Made by a program: the position numbers and the translations under genes | In this document: positions 1 through 9,537 of the stretch, piece by piece | Numbering within the stretch: position 1 is the stretch's first letter | How the letters are laid out: the number at the start of each line of letters is the position of its first letter | DNA from: Patescibacteria group bacterium UBA1388 | GTDB taxonomy: Bacteria > Patescibacteriota > Microgenomatia > UBA1400 > PJMF01 | Assembly (NCBI GenBank): GCA_002305355.1 | Contig: DBQS01000023.1 | Span: 4,189-68,188 of the forward strand | Length of the DNA: 64,000 nt | Direction: 5' to 3' | Notes under the pieces: generated by a model | Told to the model about the DNA's origin: nothing | What the model saw: the letters and a program-made list of their open reading frames with translations, nothing else | The model's database searches: none

Positions 1-2345
1 AACGCCGTCATGTATTCCACAGGATAATTTGCTTTTAGATAGGCAGTTTGATAGGCAATCATGGCATAACTAGTAGCATGTGCTTTGTTGAATCCATAAT
101 TGGCAAAGGCTTCAATAAATCCCCAGACTCGTGATGCCACCTCGCGGCTGTAACCTTTGGCAACTGATTGGGAAATAAAACGCCGCTTATTCTCATCAAG
201 TAGTTTTTTCTTTTTTTTACCAATCGCTCGTCGAAGAATATCTGCCTCACCCAGGCTGTAACCAGCCATTTCGTGGGCAATTTGCAAGATCTGCTCTTGG
301 TAGACCATGACGCCATAAGTTTCCTCTAAAATGTGTTTTAGAGTTTCGTCTGGATAGCGAATTGATTTGGGTTGATGCTTTCCCTCGATAAATTGTGGGA
401 TCAGATCCATCGGGCCAGGTCTGTATAGAGCCACCATAGCAGTAATATCGGAAAATTGACTTGGTTGCAAACTTTTTGCCACTCTGCGCATCCCTGCTGA
501 TTCCAATTGAAAGACGCCCATCGTGTCTCCTTTTGAAAGCAACTCAAATGTTTTTTGATCATCAAGCGGAATGCGATCAATATCAATATTTTTCTTTTTT
601 TGTTCTCTTATTAATTGAAGAGCGTTTTGGATGATCGATAAATTTCTGAGTCCTAAAAAATCAAACTTCAGTAAGCCAATCGCGTCATCAGAAATATTAC
701 AATCTAGGACGTACATGTCATATTGAGTTAAGGTTTTGCCAGACTTAGTATCACGCTGCACAGGAGCATATTCTGGCAAAGGTTTGTCAGTAATCACTAC
801 TGCTGCAGCATGGACTGAAGAGTGTCTGACCACGCCCTCAACTTTTTGAGCTAAATTGAGTAATTTTTTGAACTTTGGTTGCTTGTAATACTCACCGAGT
901 TCAGGGACAGTTTCAATTGCGTTTTTAAGGGAAGTCTTTTTACCAGGTAAATTGGGAATGAGTTTGGCAATTTTGTCCGGATCTTCGTATGGCATGCCCA
1001 ATACTCTTCCGATGTCCCTGACCGCTACTCGTGCCTCCATGCGTCCAAAAGTAATAACGTGCGCGACGTGATCATCGCCATATTTTTTAGCGACATATGC
1101 TATAACTCGATCTCGGCCAGTATCGGCAAAATCAATATCAATATCTGGCGGCGTGGGTCTTTCTGGATTGAGAAATCTTTCAAACGCTAAACCGTGTTTT
1201 AGCGGGTCAATGGTGGTGATATTTAAAACGTAAGAAACAATTGAGCCCGCTGCAGATCCCCTGCCAGGGCCAACACTAATTCCTTGCTTCTTAGCCCAGT
1301 TTACAAAGTCTTGAGTAATCAAGAAATAGGTTGGGTAACCTTTTTGAATGATAATGTCCATTTCATATTTTAGACGATCGGTGATTTGTTTGGTGAGAGT
1401 GCCATATTTTTCCTTAGCGCTCTTCATGACCAGCTTCTTAAAATAAGACTGATTAGTTTCTCCTTTGGGTAATGGAAAATCTGGAAAAATTAATTCTCCT
1501 CTTGGTATAACAACGTTGCATCGCTCGGCTATTTTGACAGTGTTTGCAATTGCATCAGGGTATTCATGAAAAAGATCGGCCATTTCTTGAGAGGAACGAA
1601 AATAAAAGTCCGGTGAATCAAGCATTGACATCCTATTTTGATCAGTGATCAGCTTTCTAGTCTGGACACACAATAAAGCATCTTGGGCAACTGCTTCATC
1701 TTGTTCGATGTAGTGCACGTCATTGGTTGCTACCAACTCAATATTAAATTTTCTAGCCAACTCAACTTGCAACTTAGTCAATTTTTTCTGATCTTTAATC
1801 TTAGGGTGTGCTTGCAGTTCGATATAAAAACGGTCTCCAAATACTTCGAGATACTTGTTGACTTCTTTTTCTGCTGCCGCTATTTCTCCTTGGAGTAGAT
1901 ATTGATTGAACAGACTACTCATGCAGCCAGAAAGCACGATAATTCCTTGTGAGTGCTCTTTCAATAATTCAAAATCAATCCGGGGTTTATAAGAGAAACC
2001 CTCTAAATTAGCGGCTGAAACCAATCTCATTAAATTTTGATAGCCCGTAAAGTTTTCAGCGAGCAAAGTTAAATGAAATTGATCACTGCCCATCTTGACT
2101 TGTTTATCAAATCTTGAATTTTTAGCTAAGTATGCCTCAACACCAATAAGAGGTTTAATATTATTGGCTAAACACTGATTGTAAAAATGAACCACGCCGT
2201 ACATACCACCATGATCGGTAATAGCGAGAGATTTTTGATTGAGTTCTTTAGCTTTAGCCACGAGTGGAGAAATTTTTCCCAAACCATCTAACATTGAAAA
2301 CTCAGTGTGAACGTGTAGATGAACAAAATCTATGGTTGATGACAT
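1..2345 (-). CDS. dnaE: DNA polymerase III alpha subunit, N-terminal part (PHP domain onward); the gene continues past the window start
   Basis: Reverse-complement translation from the ATG at 2345 gives MSSTIDFVHLHVHTEFSMLDGLGKISPLVAKAKELNQKSLAITDHGGMYGVVHFYNQCLANNIKPLIGVEAYLA, the canonical DnaE PHP-domain N-terminus. The frame stays open to position 1. It is not in the ORF track because it lacks an in-window stop. Confidence 0.85.
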   Translation of the reverse strand, partial: MSSTIDFVHLHVHTEFSMLDGLGKISPLVAKAKELNQKSLAITDHGGMYGVVHFYNQCLANNIKPLIGVEAYLAKNSRFDKQVKMGSDQFHLTLLAENFTGYQNLMRLVSAANLEGFSYKPRIDFELLKEHSQGIIVLSGCMSSLFNQYLLQGEIAAAEKEVNKYLEVFGDRFYIELQAHPKIKDQKKLTKLQVELARKFNIELVATNDVHYIEQDEAVAQDALLCVQTRKLITDQNRMSMLDSPDFYFRSSQEMADLFHEYPDAIANTVKIAERCNVVIPRGELIFPDFPLPKGETNQSYFKKLVMKSAKEKYGTLTKQITDRLKYEMDIIIQKGYPTYFLITQDFVNWAKKQGISVGPGRGSAAGSIVSYVLNITTIDPLKHGLAFERFLNPERPTPPDIDIDFADTGRDRVIAYVAKKYGDDHVAHVITFGRMEARVAVRDIGRVLGMPYEDPDKIAKLIPNLPGKKTSLKNAIETVPELGEYYKQPKFKKLLNLAQKVEGVVRHSSVHAAAVVITDKPLPEYAPVQRDTKSGKTLTQYDMYVLDCNISDDAIGLLKFDFLGLRNLSIIQNALQLIREQKKKNIDIDRIPLDDQKTFELLSKGDTMGVFQLESAGMRRVAKSLQPSQFSDITAMVALYRPGPMDLIPQFIEGKHQPKSIRYPDETLKHILEETYGVMVYQEQILQIAHEMAGYSLGEADILRRAIGKKKKKLLDENKRRFISQSVAKGYSREVASRVWGFIEAFANYGFNKAHATSYAMIAYQTAYLKANYPVEYMTA

Positions 2346-2362
2346 GGGATGCGGTCATCCTA

Positions 2363-3709
2363 TCAGTTGTCGAGATATTTGTGAAGCGTTGAGCGGACCT
2401 GCTGAGGATCAGCTTTCACTTTCAAATTTTTCATGACTTGACCCATAAAAAAACTAAGCACTTGTTTTTGTCCAGCATGATAGCGATTCACTGCGTCTTG
2501 GTGCTCGGCTAACACTTGCCTGATAATCTTTTCTAGATCGTTGTCATCGACAGTCGCAGTTGCATTGAGAGATTCAAATTCTTCCAGAGTTGCCTCTAAA
2601 TTTTGGTAGTTGACCGTGATTTTTTTATTGACAATTTGGTTGGCTAGCTTGGAAGGTTCGAATTTTTTGTTCACGGCGAGTTTGAAGAGAGAATCAAGTT
2701 GCTGGGCGTGTTTGGTATCTTCTGACAAGCGGGTCGCAAACTCTGGTTGTAAATGATAATTACTCATCCAACGTTTCGCTCTCTCGAGCGGTAATTCTGG
2801 TAGATTTTGTTTAATAATTTCAATTTGGTTAGTTGATAAACGAATTGGCGGCAAGTCAGGGTCTGGAAAATAGCGATAATCTTCAGCTTCTTCCTTGGTG
2901 CGTTGCAAAAAAGTTTTATTTTGTACAGCGTTCCAACCGCGCGTTTCTTGATTCAACTGTTCCCCATTTTGTAAAACCTGTGATTGCCGCTCAATTTCAT
3001 AATTGATTGCCTGTTCCAAAAAACGAAAGGAATTGATGTTTTTCAGCTCAATTTTATAATTTGGTAGTTCTTTTGTTCCTACAGCTTGCAGTGAAATATT
3101 CGCCTCGAGTCTCATGCCACCTTGTTCCATATCGCAGTCAGCAATGTGGAGTTCCCGCAGGATGCCTCGCAAAGTTTTAGCATATTCTTTGGCTTGGGCA
3201 GCAGATTTAATATCTGGCTCGGTCACAATTTCAATTAAAGGTACCCCACTACGATTAAAATCTACCAAACTGACTTTCTGGTTGTGAACTGTTTTGTGCA
3301 ACAATTTACCAGTATCTTCTTCTAAATGGATGCGGTGAATTCTTACTTTACCAGCAGATGTTTCAAGGTAACCATCGTAGCAAAAAGGCAAATCATATTG
3401 GCTAATCTGATATCCTTTGGGTAAATCGGGATAAAAATAATGTTTGCGATCGAATTTTGAAAAGAGATTGATTCGGCAATTTAAAGCTAAACCTAGCTTA
3501 ATCGTCCATTCAATGGCTGTGCTATTGGCAACAGGCAATGCTCCAGGTAAGCCCAAGCATGTTGGACAAGTATAGCAATTTGGTTTGGAGGCATGAAAAG
3601 GATCATTTTTGCATCCGCAAAACATCTTTGATTTTGTTTTGAGTTCGGCGTGGACCTCCATTCCGCAAATGAGTTGATATTCCGTTTGCTTCATGCTTTG
3701 TTTCTCCAC
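2363..3709 (-). CDS. gatB: Asp-tRNA(Asn)/Glu-tRNA(Gln) amidotransferase subunit B
   Basis: 448 aa, with N-terminal GMEVHAELKTKSKMFCGC and CxxC motifs typical of GatB. An alternative start at 3694 (MKQTEY) forms an ATGA overlap with the gatA stop. Confidence 0.85.
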   Translation of the reverse strand: MEKQSMKQTEYQLICGMEVHAELKTKSKMFCGCKNDPFHASKPNCYTCPTCLGLPGALPVANSTAIEWTIKLGLALNCRINLFSKFDRKHYFYPDLPKGYQISQYDLPFCYDGYLETSAGKVRIHRIHLEEDTGKLLHKTVHNQKVSLVDFNRSGVPLIEIVTEPDIKSAAQAKEYAKTLRGILRELHIADCDMEQGGMRLEANISLQAVGTKELPNYKIELKNINSFRFLEQAINYEIERQSQVLQNGEQLNQETRGWNAVQNKTFLQRTKEEAEDYRYFPDPDLPPIRLSTNQIEIIKQNLPELPLERAKRWMSNYHLQPEFATRLSEDTKHAQQLDSLFKLAVNKKFEPSKLANQIVNKKITVNYQNLEATLEEFESLNATATVDDNDLEKIIRQVLAEHQDAVNRYHAGQKQVLSFFMGQVMKNLKVKADPQQVRSTLHKYLDN

Positions 3710-5079
3710 TCATTCCAACTAGTTGCTTTTTCATAAGCATCGGCAACTTTAATGACTAAATCCTCACGCCACATCGGGGCGACAATATTTAAACCCAGAA
3801 AGAGATGAGTTTTTTTATCTTGATAACAAGGTACATTAATACCTGGTAAACCGGTGATAGAACTTGGTTCGAGCAACATGTCCTCTAGTTCGCCAAACAT
3901 GGCAGCATCTGCGGTTGCCCCCACTTTTTTGGCAAATGAGGGCGAGGTAGGACTAATGAGAACATCAAATTTTTTGAACAACTTTTTAAAATCTTCAATA
4001 AACAAAGTTCTTACTTTTTGAGCGGTGTTATAGTATTGATCAGCATAACCTTTGCTTAAGGTGTAAGTACCTAACATAATGCGCCGCTTGGCCTCATCAC
4101 CAAAGTAGCTCCGGTCATTACCAAAACGAACACCGTCCATTCTAGCTAAGTTGCTACTCACTTCTCCTCTCTGGACAACCGTATAGACACTAATAGCAAG
4201 TTTGGGATCCATTGCTGACACGGAATCAACTTGTGCGCCCAGTGACTCAAGTACCTGCCCCACCTTTTGAAGATGGGGGTCGACTATTTCTAAGCCCTTA
4301 ATGCCTTGATAGAGAATGCCCACCCGTAAATTTTTAATTGATTGATTAATGTTAGTAGTGAAATCTGGCGCGCTTTGAGAGGAGGTAGTACTGTCGTGAT
4401 GATCATGGCCAGCAATGAAATTTAACAAAATGGCTGCATCTTCAACTGTTTTAGTGATTGGTCCAGGAGAATCTGTAGAAGATGCCATCGCAATCACGCC
4501 GAAACGACTCACCCTACCATAACTTGGTTTTAGACCGACTACTCCACACCATGCAGCCGGTTGGCGAATGGAGCCAGCGGTTTCTGTTCCTATTGCTGCG
4601 GCGCACATGTTGGCTGCTACCGCTGCTGCACTACCGCCCGACGATCCCCCTGGCAAATAATCAGGGTTGCGCGGATTGAGCGTTCTTCCATATTGCGAAG
4701 TTTCGGTGGATGAGCCGTGTGCCCAAGCATCCAAGTTACTCTTGCCGATAATACTTGCTCCAGCTTGATAAAGGCGATGAATAATGGTGGCATCAAAAGG
4801 TGGACGATAACCATCCAGCACGGTTGAGGCAGCGGTGGTTTGGATATTTTTAGTAGAAATATTATCCTTCACCACTAAGGGAGAACCTGCTAATGGTGAA
4901 TCAAGTTGTTCAGGATGATTATCCAAAGTGGTGGTCAGGAGGATATTAAGTTTTTGATTGTGTTTTTCAATGACACTTCTATAACTGGACAATAACTCAG
5001 AAAGACTAAACTTTTTATCGCGTAGTGCTTGAATCGTGTCTGCTAATGTAAGCGTTGTCAAATCATTCATCTTGATCAA
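3691..5079 (-). CDS. gatA: Glu-tRNA(Gln)/Asp-tRNA(Asn) amidotransferase subunit A (amidase signature family)
   Basis: 462 aa. Amidase signature GGSSGGSAAAVAANMCAAAIGTETAGSIRQPAAWCGVVGLKPSYGRVSR. Lies between gatC and gatB. Confidence 0.88.
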   Translation of the reverse strand: MIKMNDLTTLTLADTIQALRDKKFSLSELLSSYRSVIEKHNQKLNILLTTTLDNHPEQLDSPLAGSPLVVKDNISTKNIQTTAASTVLDGYRPPFDATIIHRLYQAGASIIGKSNLDAWAHGSSTETSQYGRTLNPRNPDYLPGGSSGGSAAAVAANMCAAAIGTETAGSIRQPAAWCGVVGLKPSYGRVSRFGVIAMASSTDSPGPITKTVEDAAILLNFIAGHDHHDSTTSSQSAPDFTTNINQSIKNLRVGILYQGIKGLEIVDPHLQKVGQVLESLGAQVDSVSAMDPKLAISVYTVVQRGEVSSNLARMDGVRFGNDRSYFGDEAKRRIMLGTYTLSKGYADQYYNTAQKVRTLFIEDFKKLFKKFDVLISPTSPSFAKKVGATADAAMFGELEDMLLEPSSITGLPGINVPCYQDKKTHLFLGLNIVAPMWREDLVIKVADAYEKATSWNEWRNKA

Positions 5080-5368
5080 TTAATCTTGGTACCACGAAGT
5101 AACCTTGATAAACATTTTTTGCGTTTCTCAAGGCTTCCTTTTGACTCAACATACTGGATTCATCAACTTCATCGTCACGCCAAATGTTTTCTAGACCAGT
5201 CACCTGATGAGTTGGTTCTGCACCTTCTACCTTTACGGATTGCAAATTATCAATGACTTGTAGCGTTTCTCTAAAGGCTTTTTTAAAGGCAACCGATTGG
5301 CGATTATCAATTTCAAGATGAGCAAGTTTAGCGATGTGTTTAACCTGAGTGGATGTAATTTTTGCCAT
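5063..5368 (-). CDS. gatC: aminoacyl-tRNA amidotransferase subunit C
   Basis: 101 aa, MAKITSTQVKHIAKLAHLEI..., typical GatC size and N-terminus. Immediately upstream of gatA in a gatCAB arrangement. Confidence 0.8.
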   Translation of the reverse strand: MAKITSTQVKHIAKLAHLEIDNRQSVAFKKAFRETLQVIDNLQSVKVEGAEPTHQVTGLENIWRDDEVDESSMLSQKEALRNAKNVYQGYFVVPRLIDQDE

Positions 5369-5383
5369 TTATAGTTGTTCCTA

Positions 5384-6295
5384 TTAACTTATCATTCCTC
5401 TCAAGACAGCAATCCTATTGGATATGGGGGGGTGAGTTTGAAAAAGATTGGCAAACCAGCTCACACTATCATGCTTGTGGTTTTTTAAAGGATTGCTAAT
5501 GTAAAGATGAGCGGTGGCTTTATTGGCTACTTCAAGTGGTTCGTGGTCTTGGCTAATCTTTTCAAGAGCTTTCGCCAATCCCTCTGGATTGCGGGTCATG
5601 CGAACGGCTGAGGCATCCGCCAAATACTCTCTATTGCGGGAAACAGCCAGCTGAATCAACTGCGCAATAAGAGGAGAAAGTAACACTAATACTAAACCAA
5701 CAGCAAACAATATGATTTGCACATTTCCTCCTCCCTCCTCTCTTCTTCGACTGCCACCGAAAGCAGTCATGCGGAGCATCATATCAGCCAGTAAGGCAAT
5801 CATGCCTACCAAAATGGTAACAATGGCCATTAAGCGGATGTCATAATTTTGAACATGGGCCAGTTCATGAGCAACTACGCCCTCAATTTCAGAGCGATTT
5901 AATCTGTTTAATAAGCCGGTGGTAACTACTACCGCTGCGTGATTGGGATCTCGACCAGTGGCAAACGCATTCATGGCGGTGTCATTAATCACGAATAGTT
6001 TGGGTAAAGGCATGCGTTGCCCATGAGCAATGTTCTCCGCCACAGTGAAAAAATCAAAATGATCTTCTCTGTTGGCAGGTTTGGCTCCTGAAATACTGAG
6101 AATAATTTTGTCAGACCACCAGTAGGAGGCAAATGACATCACTCCAGACAAAATTAAAGCGATTCCAACCATGTCTAAACCGTATCCAAAACTATAACTC
6201 ATGAGATAGGAAGCACCTACTACAAAAGTAATAAATATAGCCATGATCAACCATGACTTTCGCTTGTTTATGTTAATAATTTGGTAATGAGTCAT
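5384..6295 (-). CDS. htpX: M48-family zinc metalloprotease, HtpX-like
   Basis: 303 aa with N-terminal TM helices, HELAHVQNYD (HExxH) zinc motif and a glycine-rich stretch. Paired with LemA as is commonly seen. Confidence 0.8.
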   Translation of the reverse strand: MTHYQIININKRKSWLIMAIFITFVVGASYLMSYSFGYGLDMVGIALILSGVMSFASYWWSDKIILSISGAKPANREDHFDFFTVAENIAHGQRMPLPKLFVINDTAMNAFATGRDPNHAAVVVTTGLLNRLNRSEIEGVVAHELAHVQNYDIRLMAIVTILVGMIALLADMMLRMTAFGGSRRREEGGGNVQIILFAVGLVLVLLSPLIAQLIQLAVSRNREYLADASAVRMTRNPEGLAKALEKISQDHEPLEVANKATAHLYISNPLKNHKHDSVSWFANLFQTHPPISNRIAVLRGMIS

Positions 6296-6359
6296 ATCGT
6301 GGTTATTACAAGCTAGATACTGCAGCTTAATTGTAACCTAGCCAAGGTGATTTGCATCC

Positions 6360-6416
6360 AACAAAACAAACCCAATTTTGGGCTGGCAAGTAACTTATCA
6401 TCAGTTGAAGTTACTT
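6360..6416 (-). terminator. Putative intrinsic terminator at the lemA 3' end
   Basis: Inverted repeat AAGTAACTT/AAGTTACTT (6388-6396 and 6408-6416, 11-nt loop) overlaps the lemA stop. It is followed on the minus strand by a second small hairpin (CCCAATTTTGGG) and a T-rich tract. Confidence 0.4.
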
Positions 6417-7025
6417 TTCGAGATCAACTTTCACATCTTTCATTTCATCTGTTGAAACTTCCATGTGTTGGCCAGTCTCAGCGGTAACGATACCTTTTTC
6501 AGGTTTAAAGCCAAAAATATTAGCTACCAAATTAGATGGTACGGTCACCAATTTTTCATTGTAACTTTGCGTGAGATCAATCACTGTGCGGCGAGCATAC
6601 ATCAATTTATCAGCTGTGTCAGTAAGTTCACTCATGAATTTATTCACCGATTCATTAGATTTGAGTTCTGGATTATCCTCGACTGCCACACTAATCTGTG
6701 GTACTAAATTTTGTACACTTGCAATTGCTTGATCGATATCTTCTGCGTTGCCAGATTTATCTGCTTTTGCCACAGCCTTCCTAGCGTTGGCCAAAAGATC
6801 AAAGATCCCCTTTTCATGTTTCAGATAACCCTTAACTGTGGTTTCCAGATTTGGAATCAAAGAAGCTTGGCGTTTCAATTGATTGCCAATTTCTTGAATG
6901 GCGGCTCTGATTTGAGTCTTAAGTCTTTGGAGGGTGTTATAAATACTAATTACGTATAACACCAGTGCGCCCAACAAGACGAGAATCCAAAGCGTATTAT
7001 TCATAAGTCCTTTCTTGATTTGCAA
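6411..7025 (-). CDS. lemA: LemA family membrane protein
   Basis: 204 aa, single N-terminal TM followed by YNTLQRLKTQIRAAIQEIGNQLKRQASLIPNLETTVKGY, characteristic of the LemA family. Adjacent to htpX. Confidence 0.75.
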   Translation of the reverse strand: MQIKKGLMNNTLWILVLLGALVLYVISIYNTLQRLKTQIRAAIQEIGNQLKRQASLIPNLETTVKGYLKHEKGIFDLLANARKAVAKADKSGNAEDIDQAIASVQNLVPQISVAVEDNPELKSNESVNKFMSELTDTADKLMYARRTVIDLTQSYNEKLVTVPSNLVANIFGFKPEKGIVTAETGQHMEVSTDEMKDVKVDLEK

Positions 7026-7107
7026 TTGACTAATTATACGTAATTAACGGTGAAATTGAAACTACCGATTAATCGAGTTATGTAAGATTTTGGTATGAAA
7101 TCTCAGC

Positions 7108-7136
7108 TTGGCTTTTCTTTGTCAGGTAGCTATAAT
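7108..7136 (+). promoter_or_regulatory. Putative sigma70-type promoter for tRNA-Asp
   Basis: TTGGCT (7108-7113), 17-nt spacer, TATAAT (7131-7136); about 50 nt upstream of the tRNA 5' end. Confidence 0.4.
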
Positions 7137-7186
7137 AGCGCTTCGGATTGTGGATTATTTTCTAATAAAAATCATCCACTTCCAGA

Positions 7187-7260
7187 GGACCCGTGGTGTA
7201 GTGGTTTAACATGCCTCCCTGTCACGGAGGAGATCGCCAGTTCGAATCTGGTCGGGTTCG
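7187..7260 (+). tRNA. tRNA-Asp (anticodon GTC)
   Basis: Manual cloverleaf fold: acceptor GGACCCG/CGGGTTC (one G-U pair), D arm GTGT..ACAT, anticodon stem CCTCC/GGAGG with loop CTGTCAC (GTC), T arm GCCAG-TTCGAAT-CTGGT, discriminator G. CCA is not encoded. Confidence 0.8.
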
Positions 7261-7386
7261 CTTACTATACCGTCATACTACACCGTTCAAAAACAGTCAC
7301 CTTCGCTTAAATATTCCACTCAACTCTTATACACCAATATTTTTAATACATTCTCTCATGCGCTGCCAAAGATTCTTTGAATGAAT

Positions 7387-7722
7387 TTATTTGAAAGGTA
7401 AAGCCAACCAGGCTACTCCAGTAATCTTTCTTTTGTTCACAGCGTGCGATTGTTTGGTAATACCAAATTTAACAGCAACATGCTCGGTTGGAACTTTTTT
7501 ACTTAAATTTGCTTGATTGGTGTCAATAATTTCTAAATTTGTTGTTTGTCCAGTTATGCCCTCTACCACTACTACATACTCAAAATAATATTGATAATCT
7601 TTTGAGGTCTTCTCAAAGGAAATCACGTCACCTTTCTTAATGGTGTTGAATAGTTGATATAGGTCGGTAGACAAAAAAACATAATTGTACCCTTTGAGAA
7701 TGACCAACATTTCCACCTGCAA
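7387..7722 (-). CDS. Hypothetical protein with no recognisable motif; the start is uncertain (TTG at 7722, or ATG at 7710 preceded by AGGTGG with only 2-nt spacing)
   Basis: ORF only. No family resemblance that I can recognise. Sits between tRNA-Asp and a divergent LysM gene. Confidence 0.35.
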   Translation of the reverse strand: MQVEMLVILKGYNYVFLSTDLYQLFNTIKKGDVISFEKTSKDYQYYFEYVVVVEGITGQTTNLEIIDTNQANLSKKVPTEHVAVKFGITKQSHAVNKRKITGVAWLALPFK

Positions 7723-7914
7723 TTGCTATGGGGATGGCTAGATATTTGTAAATTAGATAGATGATACACAGAAAAAATAATACTAGTCCTATAACTTTGA
7801 AAAATTTTTACATCACCTCATCGTAACAGTAACTTCAATCATTACCCATACTGGGGAAAATATTATTTATTGCAAGACTGAAAATTACAAAAAATTAGTT
7901 TGAGTGATCTTTGA

Positions 7915-7930
7915 TCATCAGTGCTGATGA
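7915..7930. promoter_or_regulatory. Perfect 7-bp inverted repeat TCATCAG-TG-CTGATGA in the divergent intergenic region; candidate operator
   Basis: Seen directly in the sequence. It lies about 35 bp upstream of an extended -10 TGATATAAT (7965-7973), which in turn precedes RBS AGGAG (7982-7986). Confidence 0.35.
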
Positions 7931-8034
7931 GTGAGTTCAAAATAAGCAGTCAAATGAGACGTTTTGATATAATTAATCGATTAGGAGTTGTCAGATGAAG
8001 CAGTTGAATTGCTTGTCAGAAAGAGTTTCCAGCC

Positions 8035-8769
8035 GTGATTGAAGTCAATACTATTAGAGACTTTATTAAATACATCTATTATTATCTACCTTGGATGATA
8101 GCGGGTGTGGGATTTATAAGTGTGGTTGTAATCGCAAGTTTATGGATGCTGATGGGAAAACCTGAAGAGGAGCGTTTTGCGGAGCGTTTAGTTGATCAAG
8201 ATCAAATTGCATCTCAATTTCCGCATATTTCACCTCATACGGTTCAACCAACTTCAACTGTTTACAAAAATGATTCTGTTCAGACTGAGCAACAATTTCA
8301 AAATGAAATCTCAGTGCTAGTTCCAGACCAAACTGATCTAATTTCTTTTGGTTCACCTCAGCCACTTTTGGAAATTGTGGGCTTGCATGATCAGGTTAAG
8401 CCTCAGCAAGAATATGTGGTGAAAACTGGTGACACTCTGTGGCAACTTGCGTCAGATTATCTTGGAGATGGCACCCGATATCTAGATATTGCCTTGGCTA
8501 ATCAAATTGCAGATCCAGATATTTTACTGGTTGGTAAAACAATCATCCTTAATTCTGCTCAGCTAAAACAAGTTTCACGCGATCAAATATTAACGGGGAT
8601 CACCACCGAAAAAACCCATCAAGTGCAGGCGGGTCAAAGTCTTTGGATAATTGCTGAGGAGGAGTTGGGCGATTCTTATCAGTGGGCAGAAATATATGAA
8701 ATTAACAAAGCCCATATTGGAGATAATCCGAATCAAATTGAAGTTGATCAAGTGCTAATCATGCCTTAG
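8035..8769 (+). CDS. Membrane-anchored protein with two LysM peptidoglycan-binding domains
   Basis: N-terminal TM helix (YYYLPWMIAGVGFISVVVIASLWMLM), a Q/P-rich linker, then two LysM-like repeats (VVKTGDTLWQLASDYLGDGTRYLDIALAN...; HQVQAGQSLWIIAEEELGDSYQWAEIYEINK...). The start may be GTG at 8035 or ATG at 8092. Confidence 0.7.
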   Translation: MIEVNTIRDFIKYIYYYLPWMIAGVGFISVVVIASLWMLMGKPEEERFAERLVDQDQIASQFPHISPHTVQPTSTVYKNDSVQTEQQFQNEISVLVPDQTDLISFGSPQPLLEIVGLHDQVKPQQEYVVKTGDTLWQLASDYLGDGTRYLDIALANQIADPDILLVGKTIILNSAQLKQVSRDQILTGITTEKTHQVQAGQSLWIIAEEELGDSYQWAEIYEINKAHIGDNPNQIEVDQVLIMP

Positions 8770-8779
8770 GGAGAAGACG

Positions 8780-9430
8780 ATGAAGTCACCAGAAAACCGA
8801 ATTGATAAGTTGATGACTTCGTTTATAGAGAGCGCGTGGGTTCGATATTTATTAGATATGGCAATCGCGGCTGACCAATTTTGGGCAGAAAACTTGATTG
8901 CGACATTAGAAAAATCTTATGAGAGCATTACGGGCTTGCAGATAACAGTAATCCCAAAGGAAGTGAAACATCGGGTTGAGGCAATCGTGCATGATTTGTT
9001 ATTTGAGATTGATCCCGAAGATCGGCGTAGGATGAGAATTGCGAATGATCCAAAAATTGAAAAAATTATGTTTTTGGGTTTAAAAAGTCATCACGATCTA
9101 GAGAATTTAAGACTTAAACCAGATCTTAAGATCATGGTGATTGTTGATGACGATCGATCATTTTTATATTATCCAGGGGAAATTAGGAGGCCTGTAACAA
9201 GGCCTCAGGCAAACCCTCAGAATATCTTGGCAGACAGATTGAGTGAGATTTCAACAGTTGGAAAAATAGATTTGCAGGTGATTTCAAGAAATGATGTCGT
9301 GGAGATGCAGTTAAGAACGGCTGGTATGATCAATCGTTTAAAAACAGATGATTATCAAGTTAAAGTTTTGGAGATAATGAAGGATATGCGTCGTGGTTTA
9401 GTTGTTTATGATCATGCTCAACAAAAGTGA
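8780..9430 (+). CDS. Hypothetical cytoplasmic protein (216 aa), probably co-transcribed with the LysM gene
   Basis: ORF begins 11 nt after the LysM stop. No TM segment and no motif I can recognise. Confidence 0.45.
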   Translation: MKSPENRIDKLMTSFIESAWVRYLLDMAIAADQFWAENLIATLEKSYESITGLQITVIPKEVKHRVEAIVHDLLFEIDPEDRRRMRIANDPKIEKIMFLGLKSHHDLENLRLKPDLKIMVIVDDDRSFLYYPGEIRRPVTRPQANPQNILADRLSEISTVGKIDLQVISRNDVVEMQLRTAGMINRLKTDDYQVKVLEIMKDMRRGLVVYDHAQQK

Positions 9431-9457
9431 GTTTGGTACAATCAATCATGAGAATGT

Positions 9458-9533
9458 GCGGTGGTAGCTCAGTTGGTAGAGCGTCTGCTTCCCAAGCAGA
9501 AGGTCGCGGGTTCGAGCCCCGTTCGCCGCTCCA
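9458..9533 (+). tRNA. tRNA-Gly (anticodon CCC), CCA encoded
   Basis: Cloverleaf: acceptor GCGGTGG/TCGCCGC, D arm GCTC-AGTTGGTA-GAGC, anticodon stem TCTGC/GCAGA with loop TTCCCAA (CCC), T arm GCGGG-TTCGAGC-CCCGT, discriminator U (typical of Gly), then CCA. Preceded by an extended -10 TGGTACAAT (9434-9442). Confidence 0.75.
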
Positions 9534-9537
9534 AGAT

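Noticed and set aside
7995-8042. 15-codon upstream ORF (MKQLNCLSERVSSRD) with a strong RBS, as an independent gene
   Set aside because: It is too short and unconserved to call a CDS. It is noted only as a possible leader peptide or translational-coupling device for the LysM gene (see the islet finding).
7261-9457. tRNA-bracketed islet as an integrated mobile element
   Set aside because: No integrase, recombinase or transposase gene is present, and there is no direct repeat of either tRNA 3' end at the opposite boundary. It is called only a possible accessory islet, not a mobile element.
9458-9533. Alternative reading of the tRNA at 9458-9533 as tRNA-Trp (CCA anticodon)
   Set aside because: Shifting the anticodon loop by one nucleotide puts C at position 33 and breaks the 5-bp anticodon stem. 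The canonical fold gives U33, anticodon CCC, A37 and the Gly-specific U73 discriminator.
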